The position numbers and the translations under genes were made by a program. Below are positions 1 to 10,467 of a DNA stretch of 64,000 nucleotides, piece after piece. The DNA comes from an uncultured Nitrososphaeraceae archaeon. Lineage in GTDB: Archaea; Thermoproteota; Nitrososphaeria; Nitrososphaerales; Nitrososphaeraceae. The stretch covers positions 224,001 through 288,000 of the forward strand of contig CAWIMJ010000050.1 in the NCBI GenBank assembly GCA_963837175.1, given 5' to 3'. Under the pieces are notes generated by a model that was given only the letters and a program-made list of their open reading frames with translations, did no database searches and was not told the DNA's origin. Each line of letters starts with the position of its first letter. The first letter of the stretch is position 1.

Positions 1-361
1 TCGGTTTTGTTCGTGTTGAAATTATCCTAAGGGTTGCGTTCTTTAACTTATCAACATTAGTGTCTTTAACATAAACTGACAGGCATAGTATGCCACTATC
101 TAATGGAAAGGTCATTAGAGCGATTTTTTGGTGTTCAGTCAAGCTATATCTGACTTTGCCTAACCTGTCACTAAAATTTTGGAGTAATGCCATATTTGAT
201 AAGGAGTTTACGTACATTTCTTGCTCTTCTGATTCCTTTAGTAAGGGTTCAACACCTTCCTGAAAGCCACCTTCTATGACTTCTCCTTTATTGTTAACAA
301 TACCAACGAATCTTATATTGCGATCAAGCTTTATTATTATATCACATAAGTTGCGTTGCAC
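1..361 (-). CDS. Conserved thaumarchaeal roadblock/profilin-like protein (DUF6659-like); 3' end runs off the window
   Basis: Manual translation from GTG at 361: VQRNLCDIIIKLDRNIRFVGIVNNKGEVIEGGFQEGVEPLL...LGKVRYSLTEHQKIALMTFPL..., open to position 1. Not in the ORF track. Confidence 0.7.
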   Translation of the reverse strand, partial: MQRNLCDIIIKLDRNIRFVGIVNNKGEVIEGGFQEGVEPLLKESEEQEMYVNSLSNMALLQNFSDRLGKVRYSLTEHQKIALMTFPLDSGILCLSVYVKDTNVDKLKNATLRIISTRTKP

Positions 362-533
362 GATAAATAATATTATTGTTGGTGGTGATATAAATCGGTT
401 GACTTTATCCAGATGCAGTTATGTCCACAACTAATTGCATCGCAACTCTATAGTTCTGATTCTTGTAGTAGTTTCAAATTAAATTACGATCCTCTCCTTT
501 TCGTAAAAAAATCTTAGTATACTTTAATTAAAG

Positions 534-1130
534 TTATAAATGTTTGACTTCAGTAAAATGCATTGTTGATACTTTGTAATAAATTATTTCGCCACGCCTC
601 TCTACAACTGCAATAATAGCGTCCTTTCCCATTTTTCTGATGTCTTTAAGCATTTGTGAAAACACATCAACCTCTAAATTTATGCCCTCATTTATTCCAA
701 ATACTACATACTTTGCAGGCTTGCTATCAAAATCTCCTCTTTCATAAACTCTAAAATCAACACCGAAGCCAAAACCCTCTTTTGCTACGTAGCCTCTGCT
801 TCTGAGGTCACGATATATAAGGAATTTTGTCAAGATATATTTGTCATACTTGAGTATGGTTTCAACTAGAGAATCAAAATCAATATTATTTATTTCTCGT
901 TTTAAGAGCAGACGATTGGTATAAATCAAATATAGGGCCTCATGAGGTTTCAGTAGATATCGAGAATTCTCCTTTTCTCCATATCCTTTACTCCTTAATT
1001 GATCTTGAAATCGACTATCTTTAACGATAATATCTTCTTTTTCAGCAAGAAATGCTTCGATTACATATGGAAATTCATTATAAGAAGATTGCTGTGGAGA
1101 AGAGGAGGAGGATGCCGACGACGATGACAT
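534..1130 (-). CDS. endA: tRNA splicing endonuclease subunit, probably the structural (beta) subunit
   Basis: EALYL, YRDLRSRGY..KEGFGFGVDFRVYERG, and C-terminal IIAVVERRGEIIYY. Likely start is ATG at 1130. Confidence 0.85.
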   Translation of the reverse strand: MSSSSASSSSSPQQSSYNEFPYVIEAFLAEKEDIIVKDSRFQDQLRSKGYGEKENSRYLLKPHEALYLIYTNRLLLKREINNIDFDSLVETILKYDKYILTKFLIYRDLRSRGYVAKEGFGFGVDFRVYERGDFDSKPAKYVVFGINEGINLEVDVFSQMLKDIRKMGKDAIIAVVERRGEIIYYKVSTMHFTEVKHL

Positions 1131-1186
1131 AACGATTAAATCGGAGTATATGACCACATTTAAGCATTCAAAATTAGTGATTATTT

Positions 1187-1702
1187 ATGAAAGGAGTCAA
1201 TTATCGTGAGCCTCGTGGGATGCCCTATGTGAGACGCGAATACATATCGGGAAAGCCACAAATAAAAATTGCGAGATTTTCTTCGGGCCAGGCACGAAAT
1301 GATTATGATTATAATGTTCAAATGGTTGTTACGGAAAAGATGCAAATAAGACACAATTCTTTGGAATCAGCAAGGCTAGCGGCAAATAAGACAATGGCAA
1401 AAGCGGGAGATTTGAGTTTTTTTTCTATGTTAAAGGTATATCCACATGTGATTTTGAGAGAAAATAAGATGATTGCAACGGCCGGTGCTGATCGTTTACA
1501 GGAGGGCATGAGAAGAGCTTTCGGAAAGTCGACAGGATTAGCCGCAAGGGTTCGGCCCGGTCAGGTAATTTTTGAAGCCTATGTTTCTACTGCTAACCTT
1601 GATCTTGCCAAAGATGGCTTTAAGGTAGCATCTAGTAAATTAGGATGTCCTATTACAATAAGAATTAATCCTCTAAGGGAACAGATTGCGCAAAAAGATT
1701 AA
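1187..1702 (+). CDS. rpl10e: 50S ribosomal protein L10e (uL16)
   Basis: PYVRREYI, QIRHNSLESAR, YPHVILRENKMIATAGADRLQEGMRRAFGK. Confidence 0.97.
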   Translation: MKGVNYREPRGMPYVRREYISGKPQIKIARFSSGQARNDYDYNVQMVVTEKMQIRHNSLESARLAANKTMAKAGDLSFFSMLKVYPHVILRENKMIATAGADRLQEGMRRAFGKSTGLAARVRPGQVIFEAYVSTANLDLAKDGFKVASSKLGCPITIRINPLREQIAQKD

Positions 1703-1981
1703 TTATAGTTGATGCATTTTCAAGATCAAATTTGCAATATCTTTGAGGTAATGCAAAATTCACTGATTTTAGAGATTATTAGATACTGTCGCATTATCAA
1801 TTTCTGATCTTATGGCTGCTCTTGTTTCTGATCTTAGACTTCCAACTTCTCTTATAGTGAAATAATCCATCATCCAAGTAGCTTGTAAATCTATTCTACA
1901 TCAAGTTACATTTAATTATCCTTACTTATAACAACACAAAGTTTATTCTAGTACTCATACAACCATATTTGTCATAATATT

Positions 1982-3172
1982 ATGCTGCAGGTGATTTCAG
2001 ATATCGATGATTCGATTTTTAAAGGCAAAAAGGTCTTTGTTAGAGTTGACTTTAACGTCAGCATCAACAATGGCTCGGTGGGAGAAGATTACAGAATTAG
2101 GAAGACAATTCCTACTATAGAATATCTTACCAAACGCAGCGCCAAAGTAATTATAGCATCACATTTAGGTAGACCAAAAGGTTTTCAATGTCATCATTCT
2201 TTAGCTCCTGTCGCAAGGAGACTATCTGATATAATGTGGCGATCAAAAGTTAGCTTTGTTAATGATTGTGTAGGTGATTCGGTTAGAAAAGTAATAGAAA
2301 AAATGAATAACGGTGATATCTTGCTATTAGAAAATCTACGATTTCATAAGCAAGAAGAGATAAATGATTTTGAATTTTCAAAGCAACTTGCGTCTTTGGC
2401 TGATATATATGTAAATGACGCATTTAGTACGTCGCATAGAAAACATGCTTCTACCTATGGTGCAGCAAAGCTGTTTGATATACATTTAGCAGGATTCAAC
2501 CTTAACCAGGAGGTGCAATATCTTTCAATGATAAAAGAAAATCCTGTTAGACCATTTACTTTTATAGTCGGAGGAGTTAAAATAAAAGATAAAATAGGGG
2601 CACTAGAAAATTTGCTTCCTAAATCAGATAAAGTGCTAATAGGTGGTGCCGCAGCCTATACTTTTCTGAAGGCGAAAGGTGTGGAAACAGGAAATTCGTT
2701 AATAGATTTTGAACATTTGTCTTGGGCAACAAAGGCAATTGCCACTTTCGGTGAGAAAATAATGCTTCCAAACGATCATGTTGTATCTTCTTCCTCTAAA
2801 GGTATTCATGCAAGTGTAGTAAAAGGTGACATTCCTAAGAGTATGGCGGCTTTTGATATAGGTATGGAAACCGCACAGAGATATTCAGACGAGGTGGCAT
2901 GCAATGGATTGGGAACTGTATTTTGGAATGGCCCAATGGGATTATTTGAAAATGGACATTTTGCAAACGGTACAATTAGTATTGCCAAAAGTATGGCACT
3001 GGCATTCTGGCGTGGGTCAAAAACACTGATTGGCGGCGGTGATACTCTTGAAGCGATGAAAAAAGCAGGTGTTTCGGAAGGAGAGGTGAGTCATGTTTCT
3101 ACTGGCGGCGGTGCTACTCTAAGGTTTCTTGCTGGTGACGATATGCCTGGGATCAATGCATTAAAAAGGTAA
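1982..3172 (+). CDS. pgk: Phosphoglycerate kinase (bacterial-like sequence)
   Basis: RVDFNV, SHLGRPKG, LLENLRF, YVNDAF, FWNGPMG, GGGDT, HVSTGGGA. Confidence 0.93.
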   Translation: MLQVISDIDDSIFKGKKVFVRVDFNVSINNGSVGEDYRIRKTIPTIEYLTKRSAKVIIASHLGRPKGFQCHHSLAPVARRLSDIMWRSKVSFVNDCVGDSVRKVIEKMNNGDILLLENLRFHKQEEINDFEFSKQLASLADIYVNDAFSTSHRKHASTYGAAKLFDIHLAGFNLNQEVQYLSMIKENPVRPFTFIVGGVKIKDKIGALENLLPKSDKVLIGGAAAYTFLKAKGVETGNSLIDFEHLSWATKAIATFGEKIMLPNDHVVSSSSKGIHASVVKGDIPKSMAAFDIGMETAQRYSDEVACNGLGTVFWNGPMGLFENGHFANGTISIAKSMALAFWRGSKTLIGGGDTLEAMKKAGVSEGEVSHVSTGGGATLRFLAGDDMPGINALKR

Positions 3173-3231
3173 TAAATCAAATTTATTTTAGCTATGATGA
3201 GCCTGTCATTTTAGAAGTGTGGTGGATAACA

Positions 3232-4929
3232 CTAGATTATATTTATTTTTATTGCCTTCAAGTATGAAATAGCATTATTTTCTGCACCGATCATCAACAT
3301 ATATTCTCCAGTCTTCAAATCCACGGAGGGAGTGAAGATAAAGGAAATTTGTTTTGACTCTCCATCAGCGATAGAAAACGATTGTTCACTGAAAGTTCCC
3401 GTAGAATTTCCAAGATTTCCCGTTGGAGTAAAAGTACCAGATTTTATCATGTTGAAAGTGTGATCAGAGGAAGAGGAATACGATAATGACGAGGTTGTTT
3501 GTAAATTCAATTTTATTTCTGCACTTTTTCCTTTAGGAATAGTAATCTCCTTTTCAGCAGATGAAACAGAAAATGGTATCTCTTTGTATGAGTCGACTCT
3601 TCCTATTTTATTTTCTGACCATTCAGTAAACCAGATCTCGTTATTCATTCCTACTGAAAACTGTAGTAAATTAGCAATGCCACAATTCTTGGCATCGCTT
3701 GGTTGGCAAAGACCAAATAATGGATTTTGTGTCGGGATCCAATATTCTATGAGAGTCATATTGACAGGATTAAATACAGCGATCTTATTTCCTGTATGTT
3801 CATTAAACCATATCGATCCATTGGATCCTCTCTCTATCCAGTATGGAAGAGTATATGCTTTTTCCTCGCTGGTACTGTTGCGGCCAAAAATCCTTGAGGA
3901 AGCTTGAGAAGTGACAAATTTCGTAATTCTTCCATTAGCATGGTCCATTTTATAAAAAATGCTTGTTCCATGATCAGTAATCCATAGATCGCTATTTTTA
4001 TCTAATGCAATTCCGACAGGCGAGTTTAGCTCAGTAGGTAATTCAAAAACTTTGAAAGATTCTGAATTCGTATCATACTTAAAAATTTGACCTTTCTTTG
4101 CGAAGGCTAACATAGACAGCCACACTGTATTGCTATTATTTTCATCAACTACAACCGACCCGGTGCTAATAAGGTCCGGATCTATACCCGCGAATCCTTG
4201 AAGTGGTATAGGAATTTTGGAAATTCCATCAGAAGTACCATTTCTCATTTCTGTTATGTTTCCAAACCAAAGTGCAGGTGATCGTATACCTACAAAGTAA
4301 ATGTTCCCTGAACTATCAAAATCAAGAGATACTGGATATGTCGTTCCAAAAGACTCTGAAATTTCAGGAATATTAAAGATCTCAAAAGTTTTCAAAATGT
4401 TATTGTACCTCCAGATTGCATTTTGTTTCTCGTCGGTGAACCAAATATTATTTTTACGATCCAGTTTTACTGTCCATACTTGGGAAAAATCAATGGGATT
4501 GTGCCGAGATCTCCATGTCGGAATAGCGTGTTCTTGATCAAATTTATTCTCTTTTGTATTATAACTTCCCAGTATACCGTTCTTAGTTGATATGTACCAA
4601 ACTTTGCTAGCATTATTATCCACAGCTATTCCGAGTGGCATTTCACATCTTGTAGGAAGAATGTACTCCTTCACAAATTCACTTGAATTAGGATTGGTTT
4701 CATTATTATTACCGCAAAATTGGTTTTCAAATTTATTAATTGCAGCATTCTTTGAACTTTCTACAAGTTTAAGTGATGAATCCTTAACGCTATTGTTATT
4801 CAAAGATAATCCGATAGCAACGACAACCACTACAATTATTCCCATAACTGCATAGATTCTATTCTTTTTCGATTTTGATGGGCTAGAGGAAGATGGGGAG
4901 GCACTGGAGTTAACCTTATTTTTGACCAA
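3232..4929 (-). CDS. Membrane-anchored Vgb/streptogramin-lyase-like beta-propeller protein
   Basis: N-terminal TM helix; repeated blades (PLGIAVD, IWFTDE, PVGIALD, IWFNEHTGNKIA, IWFTEWSENKIG); C-terminal Ig-like region. Confidence 0.75.
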   Translation of the reverse strand: MVKNKVNSSASPSSSSPSKSKKNRIYAVMGIIVVVVVAIGLSLNNNSVKDSSLKLVESSKNAAINKFENQFCGNNNETNPNSSEFVKEYILPTRCEMPLGIAVDNNASKVWYISTKNGILGSYNTKENKFDQEHAIPTWRSRHNPIDFSQVWTVKLDRKNNIWFTDEKQNAIWRYNNILKTFEIFNIPEISESFGTTYPVSLDFDSSGNIYFVGIRSPALWFGNITEMRNGTSDGISKIPIPLQGFAGIDPDLISTGSVVVDENNSNTVWLSMLAFAKKGQIFKYDTNSESFKVFELPTELNSPVGIALDKNSDLWITDHGTSIFYKMDHANGRITKFVTSQASSRIFGRNSTSEEKAYTLPYWIERGSNGSIWFNEHTGNKIAVFNPVNMTLIEYWIPTQNPLFGLCQPSDAKNCGIANLLQFSVGMNNEIWFTEWSENKIGRVDSYKEIPFSVSSAEKEITIPKGKSAEIKLNLQTTSSLSYSSSSDHTFNMIKSGTFTPTGNLGNSTGTFSEQSFSIADGESKQISFIFTPSVDLKTGEYMLMIGAENNAISYLKAIKINII

Positions 4930-5452
4930 TAAGTTAGCAAGAGATTTTCTTCCTTATATTTTTCTCTCTTTACTAATTGAACATAAATTAACATATCTTG
5001 ATATATGATTCAATAGGAGAAAATTTACTTCGCTGAATCAAAGGAATAATCACATCGACGGATTCACATAATAGTCCCTTTTATTGACTGATTATAATTC
5101 AGTCTTTATCGCCACGCCACTTTTTGGGTCCGTTCTTACGGTGGCAGAACTACCATTTGTAGCTCTTGTTAACTTCTCCTTTCTTCAATTGTATATAATT
5201 TCTATTCGAGCCAATTCCTATTGAAATGGTTTTGTTATTCTCAGTTTATTTTATCAAGAAAAAGGATTCACTTTACTTATTCTTGGTAACCATTTTAGGA
5301 TCAAATAATACTACTTTGTTGCTTTTCTACACTTTGACACAAATTGCTACCTCTGATCCATTCATTCTGTCTAACGGTAAAAGAGTATTTTACTATTCTA
5401 GTTTCTTTGTTTTTTAAGCCTGTCTGAACTAGCAACACCGAGGGTCCATATC

Positions 5453-5830
5453 TTAAAGTAATTTTAAGTGATTTGTTACTTTGTCAATCAATTCAGAAGG
5501 TCCTGGACCTATTCCTATGCAAGTTACCGTTCCAGGAGGAATTTGAGTTAGACCACTATCTTGAATCACTGCTACTGCTAAATGTAAACTCTCTGCGTGT
5601 TTTCTTATTTCAACAATTTCAGCTAAATTTTGGACCTTGACTACTACTTTTGCCTGACCTGCTTTAAACCAATAATTAAACCAATGAAAGTTCCTCATTT
5701 TTGTAATTTCTACTGCCATTACGGCTGCGTGAGCTACCTGTGCAGCCAGTTTTCCTGTGCCCATTCCTAATTCTTTTCGAACAACAATTACTTGCTTGTA
5801 ATCCTCTCTTTTAATGACTATTGATATCAC
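5453..5830 (-). CDS. pth2: Peptidyl-tRNA hydrolase Pth2
   Basis: YKQVIVVRKELGMGTGKLAAQVAHAA, GQAKVVVKV, QDSGLTQIPPGTVTCIGIGP. Confidence 0.96.
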   Translation of the reverse strand: MISIVIKREDYKQVIVVRKELGMGTGKLAAQVAHAAVMAVEITKMRNFHWFNYWFKAGQAKVVVKVQNLAEIVEIRKHAESLHLAVAVIQDSGLTQIPPGTVTCIGIGPGPSELIDKVTNHLKLL

Positions 5831-6395
5831 CTCAAAATTTTGTTGATGCTTATATCTCCTTTTTTTATCTACTGCATAGTATTTCCTATATTTTATTATA
5901 TTTATTTTACTTTTATATTTCCTTTTTGTTTACAGCACCTTCGATGCAGATATGACTCAATACATTTAGGTTGCTGACCTTATTGATGGTTTTATTCTAT
6001 TTATTTTCATTCTGTTCTAGCAAAGATTTCTCCATAAATGTTTAGATAACTGAATTTAACTACTATTCCATATCATTTTTTCTTGTTATCTTCTACCTGT
6101 AATCTACTACTATTGCAATCTTATTATAAAACATACTCTCTTAATATTCTAAGATCCTATTACATGATATGGATATGTCACTTTGAATTCAAATATTTTG
6201 AAATTGATTCCTATCCTTAGTAATATTTTCTGACATACATAGTTTACAAACTACTCTGTATGATAACTTGATATTGCGATCGGACTAAAACAGCGTAGTT
6301 TACAAGTGCGTTTACAAGTGATTTGTAAACGTTTACGGCACTGTTATACAGCATAACTAAAATACCTCAGCTCATATGATTTTCTAAACTTTATC

Positions 6396-6830
6396 GGCTC
6401 TTTTTACTTAGCATTAAGCCTAGATGCAATGTCTTACATCTCTTACTCTTAATAATAATAAAAGAGACAAATCACCTTCCTCCAAAAATACATATGATAT
6501 ACGCATTACGATTATATTTTTCATGTCCTTCGATTAGACGAAAAGCATCATCACATCAGCAGTTAATCACAATTTATCAATTTATCAAAAGAAGACTCAT
6601 GTTTTGATATGGAAGAAATAGATTCAACGGTATAATAAGCCAAGGAAGATTATTCAAAAGAGAAGGAAAGTATCGGAATTTATAATTGACATCATCTGCA
6701 TTCCTCCTTTTATGATGAGAAAAGCATGATTGAAAGAATTATACAGTACATCAAAAGGATAGAACTGAAAGCTTTGATCATGACTACTTTCCTTGTAGTA
6801 GAAGATAAGCAAAGTGTATGTTAGAGTATA
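6396..6830 (+). mobile_element. IS6-family relic with internal deletion and no right TIR
   Basis: Starts GGCTCTTTTTACTTAGCATTAAGCC and is colinear with the 23456 copy; jumps from ...TTTATAATTGA to CATCATCTGCATTCC; ends after GACTACTTTCCTTGTAG. Confidence 0.85.
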
Positions 6831-6874
6831 TCACCATTCGTAGCTTTAGTTATATGTATGTAGTTTTTATCTAT

Positions 6875-7141
6875 CTACGGAAATTTATTCGTGACCGATG
6901 ATGATGTTTCACATTTACCATTTACACATCTAATTGATGTTTCGCAGTTATCATTTGTACATGTACCATTTGTACAGACACCATTTATGCACATCGAAGA
7001 CTGGGTCTGACCGTTAGTTTTGTTTAATATGCTTGTAATTGTTTGGGCGTTTGCTTGGTCCTGTTGCTCATAAACCGTTGCTATCATCGATACAGCAAAT
7101 GCCAAACTAGTGAATAATATTAAGGCCGGATAGTTCATCAT
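6875..7141 (-). CDS. Small secreted Cys-rich protein
   Basis: Signal peptide with an ANA cleavage-like site; three CxN(G/D)xC motifs. Confidence 0.7.
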   Translation of the reverse strand: MMNYPALILFTSLAFAVSMIATVYEQQDQANAQTITSILNKTNGQTQSSMCINGVCTNGTCTNDNCETSIRCVNGKCETSSSVTNKFP

Positions 7142-7594
7142 ATATCCTCTTTTATTAAGGGCTACTTAGTTTAATATATTTGGGTATGGAAATAATGATT
7201 GTCTTTATAGATGAATTTTTTGAACAAATGCATATAGCCGCTTCGAATTGCTACTTTGCTGTTTACAACCATCTTTATATCTTATTTGTGACTGTATTAC
7301 TAATAACATTGGTACTGTCAAAAAATATCCTACTAAACTAATAATCGTTGTATATATTAGAAAAATGATTGTAGCTATATGTGACATGGTAAAATTAGTT
7401 AATGCTAAACATATAGATGCAAAATAACCTTTATTGAAAAATTCTTTAATTGAAAATGTTCCTAGTTATAGAAACGTGCTTATCAATTGCAATTTTAGAT
7501 ATTCTAATACTAGACGCATATTCTGGCAAAAAAGTTCAGAATTAATATTCTTAAAATGAATCTACTATTAGTACAGATACTCCAAAGAAGATAT

Positions 7595-7783
7595 ATGCCA
7601 ACAAGTCAACTTTACTAATCGTTGCAGTCTTTGCTGCAGTAACAATGCTTTTACCAATGTTAATTGGATACCTATACAGGAAAAAAACCTACAGAACGCT
7701 CATTCTACCTTCAAACAAAAACAGACAAACAAGGTAGTGGATTTGCGGGTTATAGCGAGGACGGTACGATAACGCTTTGTTAG
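7595..7783 (+). pseudogene. Relic of a small secreted protein
   Basis: Frameshifted signal-peptide-like segment NKSTLLIVAVFAAVTMLLPML, then STFKQKQTNK/SGFAGYSEDGTITLC*. Confidence 0.4.
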
Positions 7784-8113
7784 AAGATAATAGTTGTAAT
7801 TGTAATTATAATCATACAATTAAAAATATTTTAAATAATAATCATCCTTACTAAAGCTATAAAATATGGTATCATTTTATCAAACGGAATAATTGAATAT
7901 ATGGAATAAATTCGTCCCTATCTATTGATATGACTTATTCTTCTATACTCTAAATACAGGTCTTCTCTTGCTGACCAATTATTGTATCATAACTGAAGAT
8001 ATAAAAGGTAATGAAATCATAAAATTGGTTTCTTAAAATATTGTTCTATGGTATTCGTTTATTTGTATCTTAAGTCGAATGATTCGAATTGGTTAATATA
8101 TATGAAAAGATAG

Positions 8114-8797
8114 TTGTCTGTGATGTCAAGAAGCTTTCCTTCAATAACAACAATCATAATAACAATAGTTATTGTTGGGTCAGTATTGCTACTTGCTGGA
8201 TATTTATTACCGTTTGCAATTGTATCAGCTGATAATAGCTTAAATGAATTGTTTGTACCATCGTTTGTAAGTAGTGGGTCATCTCTTACCATAGACAATC
8301 ATAATAAAGATTTGAATGTTGATGGACATAAGCAAGGTTTTTCATCTGACTCACGTTATAATGTAATAGAGGCAGCTTGTTCTATTGGCAGTATTATTTC
8401 CACAGATGGTACTGATGGCCGCGATATTATGCTTGGATGTGATTTAGAGGATATAATGTACGGTAATTCTGATAATGATGTACTTCAAGGTCGTTTAGCT
8501 AATGATAGGCTATATGGTAATAGTGGAGATGATAACCTACAAGGTGGTGCAGGAGGAGATGAACTATATGCGGGAACAGGAGATGATGTTATCTTTGGAG
8601 GACTTGATGATGATTTTCTAGTAGCTGGAAAGGGTAATGACGAGCTATATGGAGAGGCAGGAAATGACATTCTAGAAGGAGGAAAAGGTGCAGATTATTT
8701 TGACTGTGGGGATGGTCTTGATGTAATAGTAGACTTTAATCCGGATCAAGGTGATACTCATACAAGCAACTGTGAAGATGTAAGAGAACGTCTGTAA
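8114..8797 (+). CDS. Secreted RTX/hemolysin-type Ca-binding repeat protein
   Basis: N-terminal TM/signal; tandem nonapeptides GNSGDDNLQ, GGAGGDELY, GTGDDVIF, GKGNDELY, GEAGNDILE, GGKGADYFD. Confidence 0.88.
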   Translation: MSVMSRSFPSITTIIITIVIVGSVLLLAGYLLPFAIVSADNSLNELFVPSFVSSGSSLTIDNHNKDLNVDGHKQGFSSDSRYNVIEAACSIGSIISTDGTDGRDIMLGCDLEDIMYGNSDNDVLQGRLANDRLYGNSGDDNLQGGAGGDELYAGTGDDVIFGGLDDDFLVAGKGNDELYGEAGNDILEGGKGADYFDCGDGLDVIVDFNPDQGDTHTSNCEDVRERL

Positions 8798-9285
8798 ACT
8801 GATGATTGTTTTTATTTGCGTGTCCTTTATCGTTAATATGTTAAGATGGTTTTTTGTTTTAAATGTCTGGCCATATGATCGAATTATAATCACAGCTCGT
8901 AAGTAGCATGGCTGCCTGTATTGGAAATTCAGTTAAATCGTCTTCAATTTGAATACACCCCATTTAGGAATAAATGAAGTTGCTGTAATCCTTTTCACTT
9001 CTTGCATTTTTTAGCTCAATCACTTATTAGTCAAAAAGACTAACCTGATTTCAAGACACTTAAATATTTTTAATTGTTTTTACTATTATACACTATAATT
9101 GCATTCTGCACTTACAGTTCCACTTTGCTTTCTGCCACAAATAAATAGTCTTATCTGCTTTTTATTTCATTCTGGTATTTCCTGTCATGATCACTAATTC
9201 AGATTTGTTCAAAGAAATGAAAGCGCATACTTAAAATAAGGTTATTTTTTAGTGATAATAGTATTATTTACCTCCGATATTACTT

Positions 9286-10467
9286 ATGTATTATATGTCC
9301 GATAATTATGATGTCATAGTCGCTGGAGGAAGTATCTCAGGATTACTAGCAGGTAGAGAAATAGCTGCAAAAGGTCTATCTGTTTCTATTCTTGAAGAGG
9401 ACGCAGAAATCGGAACACCTGAGCATTGCGGAGGACTAGTCAGCATTAGTGGAATAGAAAATCTTGGTATTATACCGTCAAGTAATGCTATCGAAAATAA
9501 AATCAAGTATGCAAGAATTTCTTCTTATTCAAAAACTTTTGAATTAAATGCGGAAGAACAAAAAGTAATTGTTCTTGACAGGCGCGCATTCGACAAACAA
9601 ATTGCTTTTCAAACTCAAAGAATGGGAGGAGATATTCGAACGAGATGTCTTGTGCATTCTATCACTAAAAAAAATCACTCTGATGATAATAATTATCACT
9701 ATGACATAAGAACATCGGAAGGAAATCTGAAATGCAATTATTTTGTTGATGCCAGAGGAGTCTCATCGATTATTCAAAGAAATAGGGAGGGAGTGTTGCA
9801 ATCTGCTCAATACGAGGTATATGCTCCGTGGATACAACGCGATACTATTGAAGTCAAGTTTGATAGTGAGAGATATCCGGGATTCTTCGCGTGGATTATT
9901 CCAACAGGTAGTGGAAGAGGAAAAGTAGGTGTTGCAGGTAAATCAATCAATGCTATGGCTGCTTTAAAAGCATATATGGATAGTAAAGAACAGATATATT
10001 CAGTCATCCGCAAGGTATATGCACCAATTTGGGTTAGGGGACCACTTGAAGCCTTTGTTTACGGACGAACTGCGGTAATAGGAGATGCCGCAGGACAAAC
10101 TAAGCCTACTACTGCTGGAGGAATATATACTTGTGGAATGGGAGGAATTTTAGCTGGCAGAGCCATCGCTAAAGCGATAAAACAAAATGATGACAACTCT
10201 TTGGCTGAGTATCAAATAAACTGGTTTTCCCTTTTTAAAGAGGAATTCGAAAAGATGATTATTGCTAGACGTTTATTGGAACGATTGGATAATAAAGCAC
10301 TAGATGGATTATTTTTGACGATATCTCAAGCAGAGACTGAACAACTTTCAAAGACAGGTGACTTTGATTTCCATTCAGCCGCTCTAGCAAAAATATTGGG
10401 AGCGAAAGGTGCAGCAAAAATCATCAAAACAGTCTTAGGTAATGAGATTAGGCGATTATTAAAATAA
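9286..10467 (+). CDS. Geranylgeranyl reductase-family FAD oxidoreductase (DGGGPL reductase-like)
   Basis: YDVIVAGGSISG, IGTPEHCGG, LDRRAFDK, PGFFAWIIP, GDAAGQTKPTTAGGI. Confidence 0.9.
   Translation: MYYMSDNYDVIVAGGSISGLLAGREIAAKGLSVSILEEDAEIGTPEHCGGLVSISGIENLGIIPSSNAIENKIKYARISSYSKTFELNAEEQKVIVLDRRAFDKQIAFQTQRMGGDIRTRCLVHSITKKNHSDDNNYHYDIRTSEGNLKCNYFVDARGVSSIIQRNREGVLQSAQYEVYAPWIQRDTIEVKFDSERYPGFFAWIIPTGSGRGKVGVAGKSINAMAALKAYMDSKEQIYSVIRKVYAPIWVRGPLEAFVYGRTAVIGDAAGQTKPTTAGGIYTCGMGGILAGRAIAKAIKQNDDNSLAEYQINWFSLFKEEFEKMIIARRLLERLDNKALDGLFLTISQAETEQLSKTGDFDFHSAALAKILGAKGAAKIIKTVLGNEIRRLLK

Noticed and set aside
3194-3240. ATGATGA C-box after pgk
   Set aside because: No matching CTGA D box.
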